Below are positions 25,644 to 38,622 of a stretch of 64,000 bases of DNA, piece after piece. This DNA is from Octopus vulgaris (Eukaryota). The notes below the pieces were generated by a model. That model was not told where the DNA came from. It was given only the letters and a program-made list of their open reading frames with translations, and ran no database searches. The stretch is taken from assembly GCA_951406725.2 (NCBI GenBank), contig OX597815.1, positions 142,042,001-142,106,000 on the forward strand. Reading direction: 5' to 3'. Each line of letters starts with the position of its first letter. Position 1 is the first letter of the stretch. The translations under genes and the position numbers were made by a program.

Positions 25644-27095
25644 TATATGCGTGTGTGCATCTCTTTCTGTCTGTGTAGTCGTATATCTATGTATATATGT
25701 ATGTATTTAGATACGTATTTCCACAGTACCAATATACACACAGGGACTCCTGTTGCGTATGTGAGACGTATAATATAGTTGAACGTAGTCTTCCAAAAAG
25801 AAACATTTAACTTGCAATTCCACAAAAGTTTCATGAGAGTCTGGATACAGTGTGCATATTAGCAGTGCAGTCACATGGTAGATATTAATGACAGCATATG
25901 ACTAAATTTTACATAATCAGTCGTTTCTAGGTTGGTTTGTTAAGTTTCATCGAACTCTAATGATGAAGTTTAAAGACCAATTGAAAATTACAAAATGTCA
26001 ATTATTCTAACAGTCTATGTTTCCAAAGTAGTTCCAAATTAGTCAATCGCAAGTTTACAATTAAGCATTATTTAAAGTTTATTTTGTATTATGTTTCGAA
26101 CATACGTGTTTTAATCTTTAGTTGGAAATACAGTCTAAAAACCCCGACGAAACTATAAATAAATTTTTAAAACTATTCGAGATTGGAATAAGTTCAGAGA
26201 AGCAATTTATGATCCAAGGGAATATACTATACTCAAAATCTGTTACGTAGTGAGTTTAATAACGTTTTCTTTTGTTGACGTAGTACACAATTCCAAGTAG
26301 ATATATATATTTTCCTGGTAATATATTTTATGCATTATCCCCAACATCGCTACCTTACCGCACCTTCCTCTGAATCTTTGGAAGACAATGCGATAAAAAA
26401 TTGCATAAGTAGTGTTTGAAGAATAATGATGCTGTGCAGATTCAAACCAACGTATAATACCTCTGCGCTTGTTTCAATTTGACTCATCGATTTTAATGTT
26501 AAACAGATCAGTTGTGAAAGCTTCTATGAGAATTTATGTTCCTGTTTGACAATATTAAACAAATAACTGTGAAACTTTCGGTCAAATGTTTAACTATATA
26601 ATTTACTAAGCGTCTTACAATTTGAAAACTCGTTAATCCTGAAAAGGATCGAAATAATGGCTAAACCGTCATTTTCTGTTTGGTCTTTTATAACACGGTG
26701 CCTTTAAGAAAACTTTCAGTGCATTGTTTTTATATTGCACTTGATGTATACGGATGCGGTTTGATATTGGTTAATATTATTGCTAATAATCACATGACAA
26801 AGCTTATGTTCCCTGTTATTTTTAAACTTTGGGACTATACTTTGTCTGAATACGTTTGAAAAATCATTGTAGCTTCCACAAAATTGAAATTTTAGCATCT
26901 CTTATGAGAGAGATATGAAAAATATATTTTATGGAAACCTTGCCCAAAAGTTAATAATAATTGTTTGATATCGTGCTTAAATAAGCTGGCAAACTCATGT
27001 TTCAGTGTTATATTATTTCCTGTTTAGATGGAAAACCGCTCGCTATGAATATTTGCAGTAACTCCCAGCTACATTTTGTCACGTTGAATACAACT

Positions 27096-27475
27096 GGTAC
27101 CAGGACAATTCGTCCCCGTTTATTTTGTCGTCGGTTAATTCATCGTTGATAAATTCATCCCCAGGACAATTCGTCGCTGGCCAATTCGTCCCAAAATACT
27201 CTTAAATGTGATTTTCGAGTTTAGAACAATCACTTTAGAATTTAAATTGTCATTGGACAGTTTTAGATATTATTTTCATTTCTTTAACTTCACTCTCCCT
27301 CTCTCTTAGCTTACTGCGCTAAACGGTTTACGAAAAAAGATTTTCCATGAAGTCGAACTAAATTTATTCAGTGCGTCTAGCCATTAACATAACTATCTAC
27401 AAGATCATAACTTCAGAGAAAGGAAAAATAAACAGAGTCGATCCCAAAAATTATATGTACATAAAAGGTTAAGTG
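27096..27475 (+). mobile_element. MULE-like left end with subterminal repeats and FLYWCH-like ORF start
   Basis: GGTACCAGGACAATTCGTCCCC followed by repeated AATTCGTC/AATTCATC units; downstream translation ITSEKGKINRVDPKNYMYIK resembles a FLYWCH N-terminus. Confidence 0.45.
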
Positions 27476-28078
27476 TATTTCATTTCGTGATACCACTCGC
27501 TCAATTATCGCTAGTGAAGTTTAGAATTAAAACGACTGTACATTTTTTCAAATGTTCCCGTTTTCACACCTTAATAGGAATATTAGACGTTGGAGGCAAG
27601 CTGATTCCAACTATCCTGCCACCATACCTACAAACGTTGTGTTTTCAAGTGAATACTTTTATCTTGACAATGATGAAACATTTTTACAGTACTAACAGTT
27701 GTCTCAGATAATAGGGGAAGTAAATATGAATTTGGTATTTCAATTCTGAATAATAGTTACTCTCCAAATCTTAGAACTGAGTCGTTTGTCACTCAGTTTT
27801 GTTATATTCTAAAATACAGTGCCAAGCTGATGTATGTAATACAAAGAAGCCCTAGTGAATATTCAAGCTAGTTTACTGTGTAACACAATGCACATAAATC
27901 AATTTAAATCCCTTCGCGGAATATAAGACAATAATTTATAGCTTCTATTTAGTTCCCTTTCTTTGTCATTGCTCTTTACAAAATTGAAATGATACGTCGG
28001 AGAAAAACACGATATTACACCGTTATTTTTACTATAAACATTTTCGCTATTCTTCACAATTAATTAGTGGTGAATATA

Positions 28079-28292
28079 AAGGTGGTCAGCGGACAGAATT
28101 ATTAGTACGCCGGACAAAACTTTTAGCCTCATTTCGTCCGCCTTTATGTTCGAAGATCGTATTCTGCTTGGGTGAAATTGCGATTCATCCTTTGGAGAAT
28201 CAATAAAATAAGTACCAGCAGAACACTGCACTCGATGTAATCAACATAACTCTCCTCTGGAAGCGCTACATTTGGGTCAAACAATTTATAAT
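28079..28292 (+). mobile_element. SINE-like repeat (family also at 38445, 41805, 44535, 44683, 49452)
   Basis: Shared ...TTAGTACGCC..CAAAA..TTAGC..CATTTCGTC...TTCATCCTTT...AATAAGTACCAG...TCGATGTAATC blocks among the copies in this window. Confidence 0.65.
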
Positions 28293-28815
28293 ATTAATCA
28301 ATGGGGGATATATCTTGAACTATTGAATTTTGTGTAGAAAACTGAGCGAAGGAAACACGCAAAAATTGATGTGGGTATCGGTTGCATTTGTACAACAAAA
28401 TATTTCATTCATAATTGAAAGTTATCTTTTTTGGCTTAAATTGAGAATTAGCAGCCAAAATTCCTGCCAATTAACTAAATGTGTCACTCAACATTTAGAT
28501 ATGGAAACAAAGTACGGGAAACAAAGCAGTGATGCAAAAATAGCATGTATTTCTTGTGAAGTCTGTACAAGCAGTTGTGGTAACTATGGATAGGATTTCG
28601 CTTGCTGTATATACCAATAAATATTTGAAAGTATTTAATCATAAAGTATCTCTATTTACATTTCATTAAAGGATATATTCAATCGTCCTTTATGCGCAGG
28701 TTTTCCACGCTGATAACGAAAACGCTTTCATTTTTGCAGAACTTAATATTAAAGAAATTACAGGAAAAGGAAAAAAGCAAAACAGGAGAAATTATAGACA
28801 CACGCATCCATATAT

Positions 28816-28946
<131 letters not shown>

Positions 28947-30449
28947 CATAAGAATTATGTGTGCGTCTGTGCGCGTGCATCTGTGTATAAATGCAAAAGA
29001 AAACATGCACTCATATACACAAATACTAACATAAAAATATACATATACATATAAATGCGTACAGACTCACATATACAAACACAAACATGTACACGCAATC
29101 TTATATATGCAATGGTTAAAATGAATTAAATAATTGTAACTAAAGTTGAGTAGAGTGGTATTGAGGAAGTATATTTAATAAAGGGCTTCTATTTACAGAA
29201 GGTTCCTAAAATTGACAACGATGCAATATTAATCTGTTATGAACAATATGCACAATATACACAAACACACACAACACAGACCGCATAACACGCACAGGCA
29301 AAGACAACTATATGTAACTTTATACATGTATGTGTAAATATCTTTCATACATATACGATTGTGTTCGCTGTATAGATTTTTATGTGCTACTATTATTTTC
29401 ATACCATGAAAGCATCTCAGACAGTATTTTTCAACACATCCGGTGTCTCAGCGCAATGTTTCAAGCACTGCCTACATGTCCTAACAAGCCGTAATAGAAC
29501 GATAGCATGGGAGGAAAAGAGCGATAATATGAGAAAGAACTAGATATATAATGTGGTAGGTTGAAAAACAGGAAAACGTAAAAAGAGAACAGAAAGAACT
29601 GAAAAGGTGAAAATAATTATTTCCCCGTAGACTGTAAAGTATAAGGCTGAAACGATAGTGGCCTCGGGCTTGCGGTACGCCAATTATTCTTCCACTTCTT
29701 AGCATATCTTTCTTTTTTCTTACATTATTCAGACATGATTTTATATAAATCTTATAAATATTTCTAAATATTGTATAATATTTACATGAAAACTAAATTG
29801 TTCAAAATACATATTTTTTCTATAACTGAAGCCTAAATATATATGGAACTGCGAAGTAGTGGTCATTGGAGAAAAAGTTCAGTATCAAAATGCGCAATAT
29901 TAACTATAAGTGTAATATGACAGGAATCTCAGTTGTTCAGTATTTGTTTCGAGATGTTTCCTCAATAATTTATTTCTCCGATAACGTCAGAAAACGTTCA
30001 ATAGATGAATGTAGTAGAAAATATTATCCAACGTTAATTAATAGCTTCACTTAAACGGTTTTTTTCTGGTATTTACAAATGCAGCTGCAAAGAATCGGAG
30101 CAGTATCACATTTTACAAGTATTACATTGCAATCGAACGCGTTTTCAAAGTCATCGGAAGTATGATAATTTTTAGTAAGATGTCTGAGAAGGAAGTAATT
30201 TGGAGTGTAATTTTTTTTAATAAAATCCATTTATTACAAAGTAATGAGAAGCATTTGTCATTCAAATTTTCAAAGTGACAGATATAATTGTAATGAAGAA
30301 TTACATATATTTTTTTAGACACTCATTAACTAAAACTTGGCTGCGACAGAAATTATATATCTTCTGTAAATAAACATAAATCTAATATGATTATTTACAC
30401 TAATTTGTTTCAAGGTGTCAAACATTTTGTTCTTTGTTTGTTTAGATTT

Positions 30450-31903
30450 TTAGTATTGTTCAGCATTTAAGCATCCCATTTTCTTACGAGTAATCAGAGG
30501 TTACTTCCTTAAAAAAATTCTATTGTCATATTTAATAATAGCATTACCATAATTGGCAGAGAACATTATTAGATTCCAATATATATTTATTGCATATTTT
30601 TTAGTTGTTGACTGAGCGCAGATATATGTGTCTTCTTTACGCATTTTGTTGTCTATTTTTTCTTGAATTCAATGAGCTGAACTGAAAATATTAGTATTTT
30701 TAATCTCGACATTCTGCGTAATTTGATGTAAATTCGTCAGATAGAGATGCATGGTAACTCATTAAACCAGCTGCTGGCAATTTCAAACTACGCCCGAGAC
30801 ATGCTTGTACCACCTATTATGTCGATATTTCATAATCTTGCCATGATGTCTAATAAATGTGACATTCAAGAAGGCCATGATTGGAGTGGAGATGCAGCAA
30901 TTAAAAACATTGTGACGAATTAGTATTTTTCGAATCTACATATTTTGCGTTCAACATTTTATACTCTGATCTGTTATGGATTTTTGGTTTTCCATAACAC
31001 AGATCTAAATCCTACGCTTCTCAGCCAATACATGCTGGAGATTTGTTTTTTTACATCAAATATCCTCACCCATTGACCAGGTATACAATACTCTTGTTGG
31101 CATTATTAACATGTTATTTTGAAATGGCAATTTCAGTTTAGTCTTTATTTACTGACTACTTTTTTGCTTCTTTGTTATCTTTATTTCGGCCTTTTATCTA
31201 CAATTCTGTTGTACATCAACTAATTTCTATATAAAGTAAATGAGATTTTTTTATTTTGTTTTCGTAGTTTACCTGTTGGTATCACACAGCGTAATCTAGA
31301 GTCAGAGTTAATAGTGTAATATATTTGTCATTTGTACGTGAGACAAATAATCCATTTGAATCGCCTTATGAGAATGTATTTTTAATGGTGTAATTATTTT
31401 CCTTGTTTTTCTTTTCTCTCCAGTGTGTTAATATACATTGCTTCTAGTTTTAGTGCATATTCATAGCATTCGGTTCTGACATTCCATGTCAATTTCTCTC
31501 ATTGATCAATGTATTACCTCTATCATACATTAATTAATGTATTTTAGGGTTGAGTGTTTCTGGTTTTATATTATCAGCAGTTAATGTACCAAGAATTCAA
31601 CAAGCATCAGTTCACACTACAATAACATTTGTATTCAAGTTCAATCTATCTCAGCCTGTTGGTTAAAAGGTGATAAATCCAAGTACAAATGATGTCGAAA
31701 GACGATGTTTCCTCGTAATATTTCACTTCAAATACAAATTGGTTTGTGTTTAGCATCACTTCTTTTGATTTTCTCGGTAGATTCATTTGCCATTTTTAAT
31801 AACTGTAATTGAGGTCCCAGCTTAACAGTTTATCTTGCTCTACTGGTATAGTATGTCACTAAAACAGAGATTTTTGGCCCACTATCAATTTTTGGCCCTA
31901 GTA
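30450..31903 (-). mobile_element. possible ancient pogo-like DNA transposon remnant
   Basis: Terminal tandem TTTTTGGCCC motif (31872-31899) and coding-like but stop-riddled minus strand. No clean catalytic motif and no partner TIR found. Confidence 0.25.
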
Positions 31904-32718
31904 TGTTAAGCATTTCGGTTATTTATATACCCACTAGTGTTTGTGATGACATACTGTTCATAAAGTTTGTGCTTCTTTTACTAATCGAAAATAAATTATG
32001 ATTCACCTGAATGATAATTCATTCCAAACATTTTCTCTCAATTGTCTTTCAAAGCGCACCATTTTATGCAAAAATAAAATAAAAATCGACATACCTTCTG
32101 ATATAATATTCTACTAATACTTAATATGTTACATATTACAGTTATAAACTGGTGGCGATAAAATAGTATCTAGCAACGCAAGGCAAAATGTAGGATTAAA
32201 GTCAATTCATTGCATTGTCTTTAGCCTTTAAATAATAAAGAATTTCTGCAAATTTCAGAATATATTATGAGATAATTTAGAAAGTATAGCAATAATAAGT
32301 CGACAGCGCACGCTTCCCGCACAGATACGCATTTACACTGCCAAACTCCCATACAAAAACACACACACATACACACATGTATGCATGTATGTGTGTATGC
32401 ATGTATAGATCGATAGATAGATATATAGATAGATAGATAGATAGATCGTTAAATAGATATATATGACTAAATAAATTCAATATGCCCTTCCTATGGTGAT
32501 ATAACTATGCGACCATTTACTGTTTGCATATCCATGCCTCTTTATGCATTCCATTTTATAATTATAATTATAACCATGAACATTATTACGTAATATTGAG
32601 CTTCCAGAAACAGTTCTTATGTTGAAAATGTGTATTCTCTCTTTAAATATCTGTAATTTTTTGTGCTCTGTCTAAATTTATTTGCCTCTCTCTCTCTCTC
32701 TCCCTCTTACTCTCTTTC

Positions 32719-32769
<51 letters not shown>

Positions 32770-32782
32770 GCACACATACATA

Positions 32783-34024
32783 CAGTGTGCGACGGGTACA
32801 TTTTCACTGCATTATATCTTTCATCTCGCTCATGTGCTTTGTCTGATTTTGATTTTGTCTACTACACAGTAATGTAATGTCCGTTCGGCATCCTCTGTGA
32901 GACAACCAGCAGCATGGCGCAATTCACTCAGCATGCTGTGCTACGTGGTATTCTCACCGGAAGCTCCAATACGAATACTTCAGAGTGTTTGGGTGTCAAT
33001 CTGAGGATAGAGCAGAGGATTCAGAAAAAGTCGGATGACTGTACTGGTAATTACGAATGTACAACACCTCGCAGAACTAACTCTGATCGTTCTGATAAGA
33101 ACAGCTGGACTTGTTGGAGAGACTCAGACCATGATTGGCAATGATCCCTCCAACACCATTAGGTCCATCACCAGAGATATGGGGGTGTCTAAGTTTCTTA
33201 TAAGGCAGGCATTGTATGAAGACATTGGGTTTTCGTTTTACAAGATGAGAAAGGACCAATTTGTACACTTAGTCATAAGGAAGAAGAGGAAAGCCTGCGT
33301 TACAAAGTTTTTTAACAAACTTAACCATCCTATTCAAGCAAACATGGTTTTGCTTTCTCAGAGCAGAAAAATTTCTGTCAGGATCAGATTGTAAACACAC
33401 AAAACAAATATTGACTTGCCATGCCCCTAAACTATCTACCAAGATTAATAAAAATCAACCATCCAGTAAACATCATGTTGTACGAATTGATCACTAGTAA
33501 TGGCGACGTTATGCCTCCATTCATCTGCCCAAACGGCCTCAGTTTCAACACGGAGGCCTACATCAATTGCCTAGTGCTGCCCTGGCTCAAGTGGTTGGCT
33601 GTTGGAAGACACTATGTCTGGCAATAAGACTTTACACTATGTCACACAAACGTGAAAACCCAGCCATTGCTGTCAGACAATCTCTGCGACCAGATCCGCC
33701 CTAACATCTAATTCTCCAAACTGCAACCTCCTTCATTATTATGTGTGGGAGCAGTTGAGCAAGAGGCCAACAAAACTCCTTTTAACACCAAAGACAAGGA
33801 TTATGGCTGCATTCAGCAACTTAAATAAGGAGAGCGTCCAAAAGAGTTAAAGGAGCATCTAAATCGTCTGGAGACGATGATTGAAGCCAATAGCGATTTT
33901 GTTGAAAGGAATATACTCTTAATTTTTCAAGTCATTTTTATGTAATGTCGGTAAATATATCTGTAAAAATGTCAGTGTTACTTTCATTTTTGCGTAATTT
34001 CGACACTATATTCACTGCACCCCA
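32783..34024 (+). mobile_element. Tc1/mariner DD37D (maT-like) transposon, decayed
   Basis: TA-CAGTGTGCGAC start and TGCACCCCA-TA end. GDVMPPFI, VLPWL, YVWQ*D...H and NSP.CN...YYVW motifs; spacing fits D37D if a short WPP deletion is restored. Confidence 0.8.
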
Positions 34025-34136
34025 TATATGTGCATGTGTACGTATATACAAATATATATATATATATATATATATGTATATGTGTGTGTGTGTGTGTGTG
34101 TGTCTGTGTCTGTGTGTATGTATGTATGTATGTATG

Positions 34137-34189
<53 letters not shown>

Positions 34190-34337
34190 AAAAGCAATAA
34201 AGATTCAAGTTAATTTAAATGAATTTACTTGAATATGGTACCTAACTTAGATGCACCAAAAAAAAACTATACTGATTTAACAATACAGTAATGTGGGGTG
34301 ATTATAAGCGAGAATGAAGCAACAAGAATGGATAGGT

Positions 34338-34428
34338 TTTTAGTACAATCGTTTCATACAAGGACAGGTTTTATTAAAAGTTGCAAAAATTACAGCATAT
34401 AAACGTGTCCCGTACTCATCAGCTAAAA
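34338..34428 (-). ncRNA. type I hammerhead ribozyme motif (mirror copy)
   Basis: Reverse-complement twin of 34492-34582. Confidence 0.75.
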
Positions 34429-34491
34429 TACATGTGAGTTCTCTAGACATCCTAGCCCCAACCACTAGGATGTCTAGAGAACTCACATGTA

Positions 34492-34582
34492 TTTTAGCTG
34501 ATGAGTACGGGACACGTTTATATGCTGTAATTTTTGCAACTTTTAATAAAACCTGTCCTTGTATGAAACGATTGTACTAAAA
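34492..34582 (+). ncRNA. type I hammerhead ribozyme motif with long helix II insert
   Basis: UUUUAG-CUGAUGA-GUACGGGACA...UGUCCUUGUAU-GAAAC-GAUU-GUA-CUAAAA. Core complete, 6-bp stem I, about 10-bp stem II with G-U closing pair; predicted cleavage after 34576. Confidence 0.78.
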
Positions 34583-34612
34583 ACCTATCCATTCTTGTTG
34601 CTTCATTCTCGC

Positions 34613-34666
<54 letters not shown>

Positions 34667-34747
34667 ACAATTGAGGGTAAAATTAATTAATTAATCAATT
34701 TCACCAAGTGTTCAGTATGTAAAAGGACCATTTAAGGCGAATTCAAA

Positions 34748-34952
34748 ATATTACATTATATAATTAGGGCTTAGTAAAATAAATTACTTTGCCACATACT
34801 GAACTAAGTAGAAATAGCAGCCAAAAAATATCTGTGAGAAATTTTCTTTAAGTAGTAGAAATTTGTAAAAAAATTTTTTTGGCTGCTATTTCTACTTAGT
34901 TCAGTATGTGGCAAAAGTAATCTATTTTACTAAGCCCTAATTATATAATGTA

Positions 34953-34956
<4 letters not shown>
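34748..34956. repeat. near-perfect ~80-bp inverted repeat
   Basis: 34748-34828 is inverted to 34875-34956 (one substitution, one indel seen); 46-nt spacer; ends in (TA)n. Confidence 0.85.
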
Positions 34957-35004
<48 letters not shown>

Positions 35005-35015
35005 CATACAATATA

Positions 35016-35897
35016 TGTAGTCTGATCGATGTGTATCCGGACTGTTGTCATAGTAACGAGGCTAAAACACGCAGCATGAAACCACTGAGCACAGATTGAC
35101 GTGCATTCTGTTATGCATGTGTACTAAGTTTTAACGTTCTAGCTCACTTCGGCTGTTTACAGGAATGCTTGAAATTAACGTGTGTAATCTGTGTTTGTCA
35201 TATTTAACATGACATAGAAATTTGAACGGAGAATCTGCATCAAATTTTGCCATATGTTTGGCGATGCCTGCTCAGATGCATATGCTGAATTTTCAAAAAG
35301 TCTTCAGTATTCTCGACTTAATCAAGGAGATTTTGTGAAATCGAAGCACGAATTCTTCTTTCTTTTTTGCCAGCTGGAAGCAGTCTTGGCGCAAACTTGG
35401 CAGACACGTCTCTCATAACCAAATCGTCAGTGATAATGGAGTCAACGGAACCGCAACTGATCTGCATAACCTCTAATAACACACGGATGGGGATTCGACG
35501 ATTTCCCCTCAAAGCTGCGCGCACATCTGCAATGTTTTTCTTAGTTCTCTTGTTTCCAGGTCTCCCAGAACGTTTGTCCCAATCGACATTTTTTTCTGCC
35601 AACTTCGAAACGTTTGAACCACTCGCACACTTGTATGCGGCTCATAACCCTCTCCATATATTTTATGCAACTTTCAGTTGGCCTCTAAGTAAGTATCGCC
35701 ATGACAACTTTCTATTTCATGGCCAATGCGACGATTATACGTTACACACGTTGGTTCGAAGCATTGTTGCAAACAGCGGAAGTGAGATACAACGTTAAAA
35801 CTTAGTGCCATTTCATAACAGAGGTCAAGGTTAATCTTTACTCTGAATACTTTAGCTTCGTTACTATGGCAACAGTCCGGATACTTCTTGAACGTAC
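35016..35897. mobile_element. mariner derivative composed of two inward-facing 5' portions
   Basis: Both ends read TATCCGGACTGTTG.CATAGTAACGA.GCTAAA...CTAAGTTTTAACGTT. Plus arm encodes ERRICIKFC; minus arm encodes RSGRP...SAKFAPRLL (WVPHEL equivalent). Confidence 0.85.
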
Positions 35898-35932
35898 ACA
35901 GACTCACACACACAGCCCCACCACAAAAATAT

Positions 35933-35980
<48 letters not shown>

Positions 35981-37366
35981 CGTCGTAAAGAATCCCCGAG
36001 TACACAGTTCTAAATGAAACCCCTGCCGACCTTTGTCTGAATCCCAGGAGACATTTTATTCTGAAATCACTTTCATTCATATTTCTTCCCAAATCTACCG
36101 TCGGTAGAAGTTAATTGCTTCTTCGAATTTTCCTCTATAAACATCACAATTAAAGTTAAAAAGTAGGTATCAAAAACCATGACTATCTAGTGTGGCAGAT
36201 TTGTGAAATAACACTCATAGAGTTAACCTCTCGATGAATAAAACATAGTAAAGAATGTCTAAATATGTGGAACATAAGTTACGTCCGATGTAGATCCCTT
36301 CTTGGCTTTGCCTTTTGGTGGGGTTTTTTTTCTTATTCACGGTGTGTGTAAGATATATTACGAAACTAATAAAGATTTGCAATTTGCATTTTAGAATAAA
36401 TAGCTATTTACGTGAAGCGAAATTTTGATATATTTTCGCTATATGACCATTATTATTATTATCACAGAAGTTCTGGGCTTTTTTTTGTTTGAGTTCCGTG
36501 AATGTTTGACAAACTCCGATATTTCCCTATCATTTTTTCTGAGAAGCTCGCTAAATAATAAACCATACTGGACCATTCCTTTACCAGTTATTATAATTGC
36601 ACACGCTTTATGATTTAGAATAGTTACGAAGCAAAATTATGATGAATGTTCAGAAGGCTAATCAAGTTATATATTGACAGCACGATGTGCCTATTAAAAC
36701 GTGTGTCATTGTTCATACAGATTATTGCAGATAGTAGCAAATAATAACATTATAAAACAACCAGTATTTAATAACGTGAAAATAATAAGATACAAAATAA
36801 AGACACATATCTTGTTTTATGCAGGATATGATGGCATATTACGAAGGCCATAATGAAATTATTCATATTTTCTAGTAATCTGAAAACAGTCATGTAGTGA
36901 ATAATATAACTTGTGCACTGAATTTATCACAAATGCTATAAAACATCAAGCAAACACAGTGAAACGAATATGCCAAATCGCATGTAAATTAAATGCCAGC
37001 TGCAAGCACTTGCTAGCAAGAAATGTAATATCACTGTGAAGATCTTAATAGTTGGATCACGAATATAAACAATGCGCAGAACAAATTCTATATTAACTCT
37101 TTGCATATCGTTCCCAGCACATGTCAAAATTTTGCTAATTTTATTAAGCTAATTCATTTTTTGGAATAACTATACGTTCATACGCATATATATATATACG
37201 CATAAATATATGTATGTCTCCTTGAATGTACGCCAGTGTGGGCAGACGTGAATGTATATATACACTGCAAGAGAAATTACGACACTGTGGACTTTGTCCC
37301 ACAGTTGTGCACTTCGTTTACTTACGCTATTATAACAGTACTCAGATGCAATTCTCTCTCTCTCTA

Positions 37367-37429
<63 letters not shown>

Positions 37430-38444
37430 CTAATCAGTTTATCTATATATCTATTTGTAAATATCATCCATGTCTGTATACATTTATAGTGTTGTCAATA
37501 TGAGTCTGTGTATGAGTGAGAGAGAAATAAAGTAGATAATCCTTTCAACGTTCAGTGTATGTTTTAAATTATAATTCAAAACAACAGGGGATAAAATGAT
37601 GACTACATTATATATAAATCCAAATGATGATTGTTATGCCTACTTATGTCTTACATAGATATATGAAAGCCTATTTATTTCATTCAATGTTATGAGAAAC
37701 TGAAACCCTTTTGCCGATAATAGATGCTTAATGTCCTATAGTAAGTATATAAGCGATGATAAAATTTAAAAGAAGCCTACCAGGACTAACTACAATATAT
37801 CAGAGATCTCGTTTGCAATTAGCAATAACACCATATCTATTTCTGTCTTAATTTATAACTGAGCTTATGTTTGAACGTAAATACTTCTAATGTCGTGAAT
37901 ATCAAGAACATTTTTTATCATATATAGACAAATTTCGCGTCTTTAAAATTGTAATAATACGATTGTTCTGAATTAATATTTTCTTATCTGTCTACTGTGC
38001 CACTCTATACCTGAAATGCGGTATACATGCTAATTCTAGTCTAATTCTATTTGCAATTTAATATATTTGTGTAATGAATATTGTTACAAAATCGGCTTTT
38101 GTTCCTGTACATAAGACTAGATATCTTTGAAATGTAAACTCCCTAATGTTTTTGAGCTGAATATTAAAACACATTTAACCTCCATATGTAGCCGAACGCA
38201 TTAAAAGAAGAGTATTGGGTTATTGACCACACCCACTAAAATGTAAATAATATACACGTTTCAATATGGAATTAGTTCCACCAGGCTATTATTTTTCTAA
38301 ATGACAAACTCTTCTGGTGTTAATATATAAGAATTCTAAACGATCTGCATTTCTGTTCATAGTAAAGCTATGCGCATTTCCTTCTAGACTGTCTTTAATT
38401 GCGATATGAGTACAATGCATGTACTCATATCGCAATTTACTCAT

Positions 38445-38622
38445 TTCTTCACTAGGCACAAGGCTCGAAAGTTTTTGGGAGGGGGCCAGTCGATTCGATT
38501 GACCACGGTACGCGACTGGTACTTAATTTATCGCTCCAGAAAGGACGAAAGGCAAGGTCGACCTCGGCGGAATTCGAATTCTGAAATACGTACTCTGACG
38601 GACGAAATACCGGTTAGCATTT
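38445..38622 (-). mobile_element. SINE-like repeat, 5'-truncated
   Basis: Minus strand TATTTCGTCCGTC...GAATTCCGCCGAGGTCGACCTTGCCTTTCGTCCTTTC...AAATTAAGTACCAGT matches the 28079 and 44683 copies. Confidence 0.75.

Larger units (their letters stand above)
34308..34612. mobile_element. perfect 148-bp inverted repeat with 9-nt spacer, probable Penelope-like pseudo-LTR pair
   Basis: 34308-34455 is the reverse complement of 34465-34612 (no mismatch seen by eye); spacer CCCCAACCA; right arm abuts (TA)n. Confidence 0.9.
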
